Of a stretch of 64,000 bases of DNA, positions 20,228 to 29,003 are shown piece by piece. The notes beneath the pieces are model-generated. The model was not told where the DNA came from and did no database searches. It saw only the letters and a program-made list of their open reading frames with translations. Where the stretch lies: the NCBI GenBank assembly GCA_963726745.1, contig CAVSDR010000003.1:544001-608000 (forward strand). The letters run 5' to 3'. The position numbers and the translations under genes were made by a program. This DNA comes from an uncultured Verrucomicrobiae bacterium. GTDB taxonomy: Bacteria > Verrucomicrobiota > Verrucomicrobiia > Chthoniobacterales > UBA10450. Within the stretch, counting starts at the first letter, position 1, and each line of letters begins with the position of its first letter.

Positions 20228-20683
20228 CTACAGGCCGACCAATTTTGCCACGTGCTGGTAGGTGGCGTTTTCCTCTTCGTGGGCGCGTTTCCACTTCGCC
20301 AGGTTCCAGATTTCGAAACGGCCACGGCCGCCCACGAGCTCGACCTCGCCCTTCAGTGCAAGCGCGCGGCATAGGTCTTCCGGAAGGACCAGGCGGCCCT
20401 GCTTGTCGGCCGAGCCGTGCTGCGCCCGGGCGTGTAAGTGGCGCAGGAAAATGCGGCGATCAGCCGGCGAAATCGCGGGATTCTGCTCCACCTCCTGGTT
20501 CATGCGCACGAAAGCCGCGGGCGACAGGACGATGAGAAATTGCCCCTGCGGCTCCGGGACGATGATGAAGTCCTCCGGTTCGCCCTTGCGCCAACGCGAG
20601 GGAATGGTGAGTCGATTCTTCTCGTCGATGGCGTGACGGAAGTTCCCGGCGTAGAAGGTCTGAGATTGAGGTTCGGTGTCCAT
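20228..20683 (-). CDS. mraZ: Transcriptional regulator MraZ
   Basis: Two DxxxR motifs (DEKNRL, DKQGRL), FEIW; first gene of dcw cluster. Confidence 0.93.
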   Translation of the reverse strand: MDTEPQSQTFYAGNFRHAIDEKNRLTIPSRWRKGEPEDFIIVPEPQGQFLIVLSPAAFVRMNQEVEQNPAISPADRRIFLRHLHARAQHGSADKQGRLVLPEDLCRALALKGEVELVGGRGRFEIWNLAKWKRAHEEENATYQHVAKLVGL

Positions 20684-20706
20684 TACGCCAGTGGAGGACG
20701 ATCGCG

Positions 20707-20759
20707 CCATTTCAATCCACTTCGTCCCACTGTTAACCACTTTGCGTGCCGAGGGTCAA
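20707..20759 (-). promoter_or_regulatory. dcw promoter with MraZ-binding direct repeats
   Basis: Minus strand AGTGGTTAAC AGTGGGACGA AGTGGATTGA AATGG: GTGG x3 plus ATGG at 10-bp period; TTGACC -35-like hexamer at 20754-20759 with TTAACA 17 bp downstream. Confidence 0.75.
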
Positions 20760-20809
20760 CGAAATAAATCCCTGTTTGCGGGGAATTTTCCGGCCCGTTA
20801 CCGTGACCC

Positions 20810-21274
20810 ATGTTCCCTCGCGGTTTTGCCGTCATTTTCACCGCCGCGGCCCTCGCGTTTTCCGCCGCCAAAGCGCAGCTGCCCACGAGCGCCGCGAGCA
20901 CTGCCATCCGCGTGACCGTTTCCCAAAACGCCGATGGCACCCGCACGAGCTACGAAACGAATCCGGCCGAAAAACGCGCGACGGCCACGACCACCGACCA
21001 TCGCGGCAAGGTCATCGGTGTGATCCGTTACACCCTGGACGACGCCGGCCGCTACGCCACCGGCGAAGCCTTCGGGCCAGGGGACAAGTTCCTCTTCCGC
21101 TCGGCCTACAAATACGACGGCATCGGCCGCGTGGCCGAGGAGACGCGGATGAACCAGGAGAACGTCCTGCAGATGAAGTTGGTCTTCGCTTACGACAGCA
21201 ACGGCAAGCAGGCCGGCTATTCCGTCTACGATCCTGCTGGCAAAAAGATCGGCGAGACTTCGCGGAAACGCTGA
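20810..21274 (+). CDS. Secreted hypothetical protein with YD-like beta-hairpin repeats
   Basis: Signal peptide (AKA cleavage); YTLDDAGR, YKYDGIGR, FAYDSNGK, VYDPAGK repeats. Confidence 0.65.
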   Translation: MFPRGFAVIFTAAALAFSAAKAQLPTSAASTAIRVTVSQNADGTRTSYETNPAEKRATATTTDHRGKVIGVIRYTLDDAGRYATGEAFGPGDKFLFRSAYKYDGIGRVAEETRMNQENVLQMKLVFAYDSNGKQAGYSVYDPAGKKIGETSRKR

Positions 21275-21344
21275 GCCCGCGGCCCGGACCCGCGCCGACC
21301 GCCGCTATTGCGGCCTGCCGGAATCCCATTTAAGAACACTCAGG

Positions 21345-22010
21345 ATGATCGACTACATCCAGAAGGGCGGGCTGCTCATGTGGCCTATCCTGGTCTGCAG
21401 CATCATCTCGATCGCTGTTTTCGCGGAGCGCCTCTTTTACTTCCACCGCGCCAGCATTCACGTGGGCGAGTTTCTCCAGGGACTCTCGAACCTGGTCGCG
21501 CGCCGCAATTTCGCCGAGGCGCTGCATGAATCTGCCGGCACGCCTGGCCCGGTCGCGCGCGTGATCCATGCCGCAATCATCCGGCACGAATCCCCGCGCT
21601 CGGAACTGCGCGAGATCGTGCAGGAAGCCGGCCAGCTCGAGGTGCCGAAGCTGGAGCGCTTCCTCGGGGTGCTCGCGACGATCGCCTTTCTCACTCCGCT
21701 CCTCGGCCTGCTCGGAACAGTCGCGGGAATGATCGACGCCTTCGGCACGATCAGCTCAAACGGGGGCTTCGCCACCGTGACCGAGCTCTCGAATGGCATC
21801 TACAAGAGCTTGCTCTCGACCGCCGCTGGACTGGTCGTGGCCACGCCTACCTTTGTGGCCTACAGCTATCTCTCGTCACGGGTGAACACGATCATGCACG
21901 AGATGGAACGCGCCGGGATCGAGGTGGTGCACATGCTCACGGATCACGATGCGCCCAGCGACATCATCACCTTCCAGCCGCCGCGGGAAGTGGCGCGAGG
22001 CGAAAAGTAG
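21345..22010 (+). CDS. exbB: MotA/TolQ/ExbB proton channel family protein
   Basis: GGLLMWPI, PLLGLLGTVAGMI, three TM helices. Confidence 0.88.
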   Translation: MIDYIQKGGLLMWPILVCSIISIAVFAERLFYFHRASIHVGEFLQGLSNLVARRNFAEALHESAGTPGPVARVIHAAIIRHESPRSELREIVQEAGQLEVPKLERFLGVLATIAFLTPLLGLLGTVAGMIDAFGTISSNGGFATVTELSNGIYKSLLSTAAGLVVATPTFVAYSYLSSRVNTIMHEMERAGIEVVHMLTDHDAPSDIITFQPPREVARGEK

Positions 22011-22037
22011 CGCTTCCGCTACCGACCGACGCGCATC

Positions 22038-22442
22038 GTGAAACTCACCCGCACGAAAGAATTCCACTTCGGCTGGCTGGGCGTGATCTCGATGATCGAC
22101 GTCGTCTTCCTGCTCATTTTTTTCCTCGTCCTGAGCTCGAATTTCATCCTCCAGCCGGGCATCTCCGTCTCCCTGCCGCTCTCGAGTTTCAGCCTCGGCC
22201 CGCAGGTTAACCCGCAGATCATCAGCATCACCGGCGGACCGGCGCCGGCGGTTTATTTCCGCGACCGGAAGGTGTCGTTAGACCAACTCGGGCCGCTTTT
22301 GGAAGCGGCGAAAAAGGAGGGCCGCCCAGTGATCATCAAGGCCGACCGCCTGACGCCTTACGAGGTCGTGGTGGCGGTCACGAACGCGACCCTCGAGCAC
22401 GGCATCACCAGTGTCTCGCTCGCAGCCGCCCCGGCGAAATGA
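22038..22442 (+). CDS. exbD: ExbD/TolR family protein
   Basis: MIDVVFLLIFF TM with conserved Asp; IKAD motif. Confidence 0.88.
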   Translation: MKLTRTKEFHFGWLGVISMIDVVFLLIFFLVLSSNFILQPGISVSLPLSSFSLGPQVNPQIISITGGPAPAVYFRDRKVSLDQLGPLLEAAKKEGRPVIIKADRLTPYEVVVAVTNATLEHGITSVSLAAAPAK

Positions 22443-23212
22443 GCCCGCCGCTCGCGCCCCCGGTGGCATACACGCCAGTGTTCAACTGGCTGCCGCCGCG
22501 CAGCCGCCGGACCGCACTGACGAGCTTCATCGCCGGTTCGATCGCGCTCCATGCGCTCTGCTTTTACCTCTTCCGCATCATCTATCCGCCCACCGTTTCC
22601 CTGCTCCCGCCGCCGGCGCGGGTAAACATAATCACCGGCGATTCGGAAGCCGGACGCGTCCTCCTCCGCTGGATCGAGGCCGAAGATCCCGCGCTCGCCT
22701 CGACCACTCAACGGCCCACGGATGCCGCGGTGCGCCAGCCGCCGGCGGCGCGTTATGTTACCTCGCTGGCCAACTACCAGCCGCAACTCCGCGACCTCCC
22801 GCCGCCGGAGCGTCATCTCGAAGTGCCCAGCGCTTATCCGCCCGGGCCCGTCCCCTCCCCGCGCCCGTCAGCCGGGGCAGGCACATCAGCATCCGTGGCT
22901 ACCACGCTGCACCTCGACCAGACCGAATCACTCGGCGCCCCCGTGCTGCCGCCGTTGTCCTTTCACGCGAGCGCCGGCGACGTCCCGGAGGCCGCGCGCT
23001 TCCGCCTCGGAGTCGATCCCGCGGGCGCGGTGCGGCATTGCTTTCTGGTCGATGCCTCGGGCGATCCCGCGCTCGACGAGCAGGCGCGCCAGCTCCTCCT
23101 CCGCGTCCGTTTTCCGGGGGCGAAAATAGACAGCAACACGCTCCGCTGGACCACCGCCACGCTGGAATGGGGCAACGATCTCGCGCCGGCGCCGGAGCAG
23201 GCCGCACCGTGA
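22439..23212 (+). CDS. TonB-like energy transducer
   Basis: TM with SxxxH (SIALH), Pro-rich linker, C-terminal VDPAGAV...SGDPALDEQA; follows exbBD. Confidence 0.65.
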   Translation: MSPPLAPPVAYTPVFNWLPPRSRRTALTSFIAGSIALHALCFYLFRIIYPPTVSLLPPPARVNIITGDSEAGRVLLRWIEAEDPALASTTQRPTDAAVRQPPAARYVTSLANYQPQLRDLPPPERHLEVPSAYPPGPVPSPRPSAGAGTSASVATTLHLDQTESLGAPVLPPLSFHASAGDVPEAARFRLGVDPAGAVRHCFLVDASGDPALDEQARQLLLRVRFPGAKIDSNTLRWTTATLEWGNDLAPAPEQAAP

Positions 23213-23448
23213 TCCAGGTGAGCCTGGCCGCGCTGGTCACGATCTACCTGTTGGTTTTTCTTGCGGCGGTTTTTCTCCTCTGGATAGTGGGCGAGTGGAA
23301 CCGCCGCCGGCGTGAACGCCGGGCGTTGCGTTATCGATTGCGCTGCGTGATTTGCGCCTTCGAGTTCGAAGATCGAACGCCCGCGCTGCTCCCGCGATGC
23401 CCGCGTTGCGGAAGCCTGAACGAACGACTGAAACCGGAGCAAATTTAG
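23209..23448 (+). CDS. Small membrane-anchored zinc-ribbon protein (79 aa)
   Basis: GTG overlaps upstream TGA; TM helix, Arg-rich stretch, CVIC...CPRC. Confidence 0.7.
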   Translation: MIQVSLAALVTIYLLVFLAAVFLLWIVGEWNRRRRERRALRYRLRCVICAFEFEDRTPALLPRCPRCGSLNERLKPEQI

Positions 23449-23450
23449 TT

Positions 23451-24629
23451 ATGGGAATGTGGATTGGCCGAAATCGAAAAGCGCGCGTGAGCTATGGGTT
23501 CGATGAGATCGCGCTGGTTCCGGGGAGCATCACGATCAACCCAAACGAGGTCGACACCACGTTCCGGCTGGGGCGTCGCGAAGGCGGCCCGCTGGAGTTC
23601 AAGATTCCGATTTTAGCCAGCGCCATGGACGGCGTGGTCGATGTCGATTTTGCCGTCGCCATGAGCCGCCTGGGCGGCCTCGCGGTGCTCAATCTCGAAG
23701 GCGTGCAAACGCGCTACAAAAACCCGCAGGAGGTCCTGCAAAAAATTGTCGATGCCGACAAGCTCGAGGTCACCGGCCTGCTCCAGAAAATTTACACTGA
23801 GCCGGTGCAGGAAGAACTGATTGCCGCGCGGATCAAGCAGATCAAAGACGCCGGCGCGATCGCCGCGGTCTCTTCCATCCCACAGCGCGCGGAACGCTTT
23901 GGCGCGATCGCGCAGGAAGCCGGCGCGGATATTTTCGTGGTCCAAAGCACCGTGAGCACGGTGAAACATATCTCGAGCGAATACCGCTCGTTAGACCTGC
24001 CGAAGTTTTGCCGCGACATGAAGATCCCGGTGATCGTCGGCAACACCGTGACCTACGATGTCACCCTCGCGATCATGGAATGCGGGCCATCGGCCGTGCT
24101 CATCGGCGTCGGTCCCGGCGCCGCCTGCACCTCGCGCGGCGTCCTCGGCCTGGGCGTGCCGCAAGTGACCGCGACGGTGGATTGCGCCGCGGCGCGCGAT
24201 GCTTACTTCAAGAAAAGCTCGCGCTACGTCCCGATCATCACCGACGGCGGCATGAGCAAAGGCGGCGATGTTTGCAAGGCCTTCGCCTGCGGGGCGGACG
24301 CGGTCATGGTCGGGAGTGCTTTCGCAAAAGCGCACGAAGCTCCCGGGAAAGGTTACCATTGGGGCATGGCCACCCCGCACGCGAATCTTCCGCGCGGCAC
24401 CCGCATCAAAGTCGGCGCCACCGGTTCGCTTCAGCAGATTCTTTTCGGCCCCGCGGAAGTGGACGATGGCAGCCAGAATTTAGTCGGCGCCATCACCACC
24501 TGTATGGGCAACGTCGGCGCCTCAAACATGGCGGAGTTTCAACAGACCGAAATCATCATCGCCCCGTCGATCAAGACCGAAGGAAAACTTTTCCAATCAG
24601 TCCAAAGCGTCGGCATGGGCACACGCTGA
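23451..24629 (+). CDS. guaB3: GuaB3-family IMP dehydrogenase-related protein
   Basis: YGFDEIALVP, ASAMDGV, GVGPGAACTSR (catalytic Cys), DGG, WGMATP; no CBS subdomain. Confidence 0.85.
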   Translation: MGMWIGRNRKARVSYGFDEIALVPGSITINPNEVDTTFRLGRREGGPLEFKIPILASAMDGVVDVDFAVAMSRLGGLAVLNLEGVQTRYKNPQEVLQKIVDADKLEVTGLLQKIYTEPVQEELIAARIKQIKDAGAIAAVSSIPQRAERFGAIAQEAGADIFVVQSTVSTVKHISSEYRSLDLPKFCRDMKIPVIVGNTVTYDVTLAIMECGPSAVLIGVGPGAACTSRGVLGLGVPQVTATVDCAAARDAYFKKSSRYVPIITDGGMSKGGDVCKAFACGADAVMVGSAFAKAHEAPGKGYHWGMATPHANLPRGTRIKVGATGSLQQILFGPAEVDDGSQNLVGAITTCMGNVGASNMAEFQQTEIIIAPSIKTEGKLFQSVQSVGMGTR

Positions 24630-24640
24630 TCCCTTCCCGC

Positions 24641-25894
24641 ATGAACATCCACGATCGCAGAGTAGTCATCACCGGCATGGGCGTCGTTAGTCCCGTGGGC
24701 AACGATCTCGTCACCTTCTGGGATAACCTCAAAAACGGCGTCAGCGGCATCGGTCGGCTCGATGCTTTCGACCCCACCGGTTTTGACTGCAAGATCGCCG
24801 GGCAGGTGCGGAACTTCGATCCAAAGGATTACTTCAAGAACCCGAAGGACGCGCGCCGGACCGATCGTTTTACCCAGTTGGCAATGGCCGCGGCCAAGAT
24901 GTCGCTGGAAGATTGCGGGATCGACTTGGAAAAGACCGACCTGACGCGCTTCGGCGCGATCGTCAGCAGCGGCATCGGCGGCTTGAAAACGCTCGAGGAC
25001 CAGCACAGCGCGCTCTTGAACAAGGGGCCGACGCGCATGTCGCCGTTTACCATCCCGATGTTAATCAGCAACATGGCCAGTGGGTTAATCTCGATGGAAT
25101 ACGGCCTGCAAGGGCCAAACCTTTGCATCGTCACTGCCTGCGCCACTTCCAATAACGCCATCGGCGAATCCTGGCGGATGATTAAGTTCGGCGACGCCGA
25201 CATCTTCCTCGCGGGCGGCTCCGAGGCCGCGGTCGTGCCCATCGGCGTCGGCTCTTTCGCGAGCATGAAGGCGCTGAGCACCCGGAACGACGAACCGACG
25301 CGCGCTTCGCGTCCCTGGGATCGCGACCGCGATGGCTTCGTCATGAGCGAAGGCGCGGGTGTGGTCGTGGTCGAGGAACTCGAGCATGCGAAAGCGCGCG
25401 GCGCGAAAATCTATTGTGAACTCACCGGCTACGGTCTCTCCGCCGATGCCTACCACATGACCGCGCCGCCGCCCGATGGCAGCGGGGCCGCTCGCGCCAT
25501 GCGTATGGCGATGAAATATGCCCAAGCCAATCCGGAGGACATCGACTACGTCAATGCCCACGCTACTTCCACCGGCCTGGGCGATGTCGCGGAAACGCGC
25601 GCGATCAAGGCCGTTCTCGGAGAACACGCCTACAAGACTTCGCTCAGCTCCACCAAGTCAATGACCGGCCACTTGTTAGGCGGCGCCGGCGCGGTGGAGA
25701 TGGCTGCCTGCGCCTTGGCCATGCGCGACTCCGTCATTCCACCGACAATTAACCTCGAGAATCCGGATGAGGAATGCGACCTCGATTACACTCCGCTGGT
25801 CGCAAAGGAGAAGAAGGTGCGCATGGCGATGAATAACTCTTTCGGTTTCGGCGGACATAACGCCACCTTAATTGCGCAAGAGTTTACCGGCTAA
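24641..25894 (+). CDS. fabF: Beta-ketoacyl-ACP synthase II
   Basis: RRVVITGMG, TACAT, NAHATST, KSMTGH, NSFGFGG. Confidence 0.95.
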   Translation: MNIHDRRVVITGMGVVSPVGNDLVTFWDNLKNGVSGIGRLDAFDPTGFDCKIAGQVRNFDPKDYFKNPKDARRTDRFTQLAMAAAKMSLEDCGIDLEKTDLTRFGAIVSSGIGGLKTLEDQHSALLNKGPTRMSPFTIPMLISNMASGLISMEYGLQGPNLCIVTACATSNNAIGESWRMIKFGDADIFLAGGSEAAVVPIGVGSFASMKALSTRNDEPTRASRPWDRDRDGFVMSEGAGVVVVEELEHAKARGAKIYCELTGYGLSADAYHMTAPPPDGSGAARAMRMAMKYAQANPEDIDYVNAHATSTGLGDVAETRAIKAVLGEHAYKTSLSSTKSMTGHLLGGAGAVEMAACALAMRDSVIPPTINLENPDEECDLDYTPLVAKEKKVRMAMNNSFGFGGHNATLIAQEFTG

Positions 25895-25927
25895 GTAGAC
25901 AAGCGACGATTACGCGGCTGGCGATCC

Positions 25928-26404
25928 TTAGACGGTCGTGTCCGCGAAGAGCGCCGTCGCGGTAACGTCGGAGGCGTTGAAGGAAAAGCCGTGACCGCCA
26001 GTGCGCGACAGGCTTTTTAACAAAGCGCCGACTGCGACCGCGGTGCTGCTGGAGTAAAAGCGAACCAAGCCAACGGTGGTGCGTTTGCCGAAAACCGTGA
26101 TCATGATCGTGTCTTCGTCGACCGAGTTCATGAAGATGTGGTTCCCGTTCCCTTGGTGGTAGAGGGCATTGAACTCTACTTCGCCAATGCGGCGCGCCAG
26201 CTCGCAGGTGGCGGCAAAGGAACCGGCAGCAAGCGCGGCGATGATGGTCACATCCATCACCGTCATGTCGCCAAATTGCGAGATCACGTTGCCGCCGCGA
26301 TCGATCACGATCGTAAGCTCGGCCTCGGCTTTCTTCAGGAAATCCGCGAGCACGCCATCGAGCGTCGCGACGTCATCGATCGTTAGGCAGGGAATCGCGT
26401 TCAA
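25928..26404 (-). CDS. mglB: Roadblock/LC7 protein, MglB-type GAP
   Basis: IDRGGNVI, AALAAGSFAA, EFNALYHQG, VGLVR; TTG start overlaps the mglA stop. Confidence 0.88.
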   Translation of the reverse strand: MNAIPCLTIDDVATLDGVLADFLKKAEAELTIVIDRGGNVISQFGDMTVMDVTIIAALAAGSFAATCELARRIGEVEFNALYHQGNGNHIFMNSVDEDTIMITVFGKRTTVGLVRFYSSSTAVAVGALLKSLSRTGGHGFSFNASDVTATALFADTTV

Positions 26405-27078
26405 GCTCCCACCCCCTGGATCTTGAAAGCAGCCGGCCCGGTGGTGAGCGGCGCGGCCACCGGTGGCGGCGGGGTGCTCGGGGCTTCGCTCTGCTTGCTG
26501 AATTTATGCAGCAAGATCTGCGAGACGGCATTCAAGGAGGCGAAAACATTCTGCCCGGTGCTGGAGACGACCTCAAAGCTCTGCACGCGCTTCTTCCGGT
26601 TGTTGAGCACGTATTCGAGGTAGTTAACCGGCGCGGTGTTATCCAGGTCGCGCTTGTTGTATTGCACTACGTAGGGAATCTCATCGAGCGAGACATTCTG
26701 CCGGGCGAGGTTCTCTTCCAGGTTCTTAAAGCTCTCGACGTTTTCCTCCATCTTTTCCCACTGGGAATCGGCCACGAAGACAATCCCATCGACGCTCCGC
26801 AAGACGAGCTGGCGGGTGGCATTGTAGATTACCTGGCCGGGCACGGTGTAGAGCTGGAACTTGGTCACGAAGCCTTTGATCACGACCGCGTTTAAGGGCA
26901 GGAAGTCAAAGAAGAGGGTGCGGTCGGCCGCGGTAGCTAACGAGACGAGATCGCCACGATTCTGCGGGTTAATTCGCTGGTGGATGTAAGCCAGATTCGT
27001 CGTCTTTCCGCAAAGCGCTGGCCCGTAGTAGACGATTTTAAACTGAATCTCGCGGCTGGCGTAGTTAATGATCGACAT
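26401..27078 (-). CDS. mglA: Small Ras-like GTPase MglA
   Basis: MSIINY...KIVYYGPALCGKTTNL, DRTLFFD, YTVPGQ, NKRD. Confidence 0.95.
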   Translation of the reverse strand: MSIINYASREIQFKIVYYGPALCGKTTNLAYIHQRINPQNRGDLVSLATAADRTLFFDFLPLNAVVIKGFVTKFQLYTVPGQVIYNATRQLVLRSVDGIVFVADSQWEKMEENVESFKNLEENLARQNVSLDEIPYVVQYNKRDLDNTAPVNYLEYVLNNRKKRVQSFEVVSSTGQNVFASLNAVSQILLHKFSKQSEAPSTPPPPVAAPLTTGPAAFKIQGVGA

Positions 27079-27086
27079 ATGTCTGC

Positions 27087-29000
27087 TTAGACCGATTGGG
27101 TGTAGGTAATGGACAGTTCCTCGGCGAGGCGGCCGAGCTGCCGGCGGACATCGTCGGCGAGGGCGCCGTCCGCATGGGTCACGCCAAGGCAAAGGTTGCC
27201 TTGAGTAAGGAAAGTCACTTGCGCCTCGGCGCAGGAAAGGGTCATGGCCTCGAGGCGGCCGAGCTTGGTTTCGCCGAGATGGTTGGCCAGGCGCTGAAGA
27301 AAAGAGGGCGCCATCGCGCACAGACCTTCGGCCTCGAGGTTCTCGGGAAGATTGCCGGCAAGATGCAGGCCGTCATTAAAGAGCAAGGTGCACGCAGCTA
27401 CGCCCGGAAGTTTTCCGGCGAAGGCAACCACCGCCTTGGCGTCGACTGTCGCGTCGGTCTGGAGAAGTTCCTGCAAAGCGGTACGTTTTCCGTCCACCAG
27501 CGCCGGGGCGGCCAGGGGGACGGGAGCCTTTGCTTTGACCTCCGGCGCTGCGATCACGGGCGGCGGCACCGGCTCCGGTTCTGGCGCGGGAATGGCCGGC
27601 GCGCTGACCGGCGCGCTGCTCACCTGAAAGCGTTTCTCGTCTTCTTCGGCGGTCGCGGAGAAAGGGGTGATGAAGTCCGGGCCGCGTTCCGGCTCGACCT
27701 GGTCCTCGCGAAGACGGAGTGAAGTGGTTGGCAAATTCCGCAGGACATCCTGCAGCGGAAGGGCGACCGGCGTGGCGGCTTCGGTGGGATTGAAAAGCGC
27801 GCGCGCTGAGGCTGGCAAGTGGCTGGCAAATTTATCCGCCGGGATGCTCACGCGCCCGCTGGCGAGCTGTGCTTCGACGAGGGCAAACGGCAATTCGATG
27901 GTCGTTTCCTCGTCCACGCTCTCGGCCTCGCCGGCCAGTTGGAAGGGAGGGAGCGCGCGCAGAATCGGACGAAGCGGCAGGACGATTTTCGTTTCTGGCG
28001 GCGGGCTGGCGGCGGCGATGACCGCGGCGGGAATGGCGCCATCCTCGAGGCTCTTGGCCGTTAGCCAGGGCTCGCGTTTGGCCGGCTCGCTTCCGAGGCT
28101 AAAGGGAATCCGCGTGGGCGCGACGGACGGCGCAACGACTGGAGGAGGTGGAGGCGTGGCACTGGTAGGAACGGACGCGCCGTTGCCAGAGGCTGGAACT
28201 CTCTCTGCAACGGGCGCGCCCGCCCCATTCGGTGAAAGCGTGAAAGGAATACGTGTGGGCGCCGGCGCAGGCGGCGGCGGGGTTGCCGGAGCCGGAGCTG
28301 CGACCGGCGCCGGCGCGCTCACTGGGACAGGGGCAGCCACCGGTGCGCGCGGCGCGACTGGTGCGGATGAGCCGCCAAACTTATGGTTATCCTCGAGCGT
28401 GACCTGAAGGAAGGGCGTCTCGACTTCCGGCACGGCTGCTTCCTGCTGTTGATCGGCGCGCTGCTGGAGACGGGTGAATTGCTCCAGCACCTGGGCGAAC
28501 GGAAGTGGCACTTCGGTGCGGTCATCGTCTGTCAGCGGGCGAAGAAAAATATCGGGCGCCTGCTCGTAAAGTGCGCTGGTAGCCGCCATCGGACGGCCAT
28601 TCGCCATGCCGCGTTCGAGGTCCGCGGCTTTCAAGGCAATGGTGCGCGCGGCTTCGTCGCCCGTGAGCGGGCGCACAAGATCGTCCGGCAGCTGCGCGAC
28701 CAATTCCCCGAGCAAGAGCGGGATCATGCGTTCACCGGTGGAAACAATCGCGGGCACGGGCGTGGTGCGACCCGATGGCACCACCGGCGCCAGCGTGACC
28801 ACGCGTGGAGCGGCCGGAGCTGAGGGCGGGACGGCGAGCGCTTCCGCGAGCGGCATGGAAGGGCGGCTGACGTTCGGCATCACCGTCTTGCTCAGCCGAT
28901 CGGCGCCTACTTTTTCCACGGAGGCACGCGCGGTTTTTGGCGCCGCGACGAAGGTAGCCGACGACTTGCGTTTGAAGAGAGAGGTTAAGGAAAATCCCAT
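27087..29000 (-). CDS. Pro/Ala-rich protein with two internal repeat domains and a C-terminal roadblock-like domain
   Basis: Repeated (I/V)xLPxxx(I/V)LxxLP segments; C-terminal VAACTLLFNDGLHLAG...EGLCAMAP resembles roadblock/LC7. Confidence 0.65.
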   Translation of the reverse strand: MGFSLTSLFKRKSSATFVAAPKTARASVEKVGADRLSKTVMPNVSRPSMPLAEALAVPPSAPAAPRVVTLAPVVPSGRTTPVPAIVSTGERMIPLLLGELVAQLPDDLVRPLTGDEAARTIALKAADLERGMANGRPMAATSALYEQAPDIFLRPLTDDDRTEVPLPFAQVLEQFTRLQQRADQQQEAAVPEVETPFLQVTLEDNHKFGGSSAPVAPRAPVAAPVPVSAPAPVAAPAPATPPPPAPAPTRIPFTLSPNGAGAPVAERVPASGNGASVPTSATPPPPPVVAPSVAPTRIPFSLGSEPAKREPWLTAKSLEDGAIPAAVIAAASPPPETKIVLPLRPILRALPPFQLAGEAESVDEETTIELPFALVEAQLASGRVSIPADKFASHLPASARALFNPTEAATPVALPLQDVLRNLPTTSLRLREDQVEPERGPDFITPFSATAEEDEKRFQVSSAPVSAPAIPAPEPEPVPPPVIAAPEVKAKAPVPLAAPALVDGKRTALQELLQTDATVDAKAVVAFAGKLPGVAACTLLFNDGLHLAGNLPENLEAEGLCAMAPSFLQRLANHLGETKLGRLEAMTLSCAEAQVTFLTQGNLCLGVTHADGALADDVRRQLGRLAEELSITYTQSV

Positions 29001-29003
29001 GGC

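Noticed and set aside
20810..21274. RHS toxin
   Set aside because: Only 154 aa with a few YD-like hairpins; no RHS core, toxin domain or immunity gene
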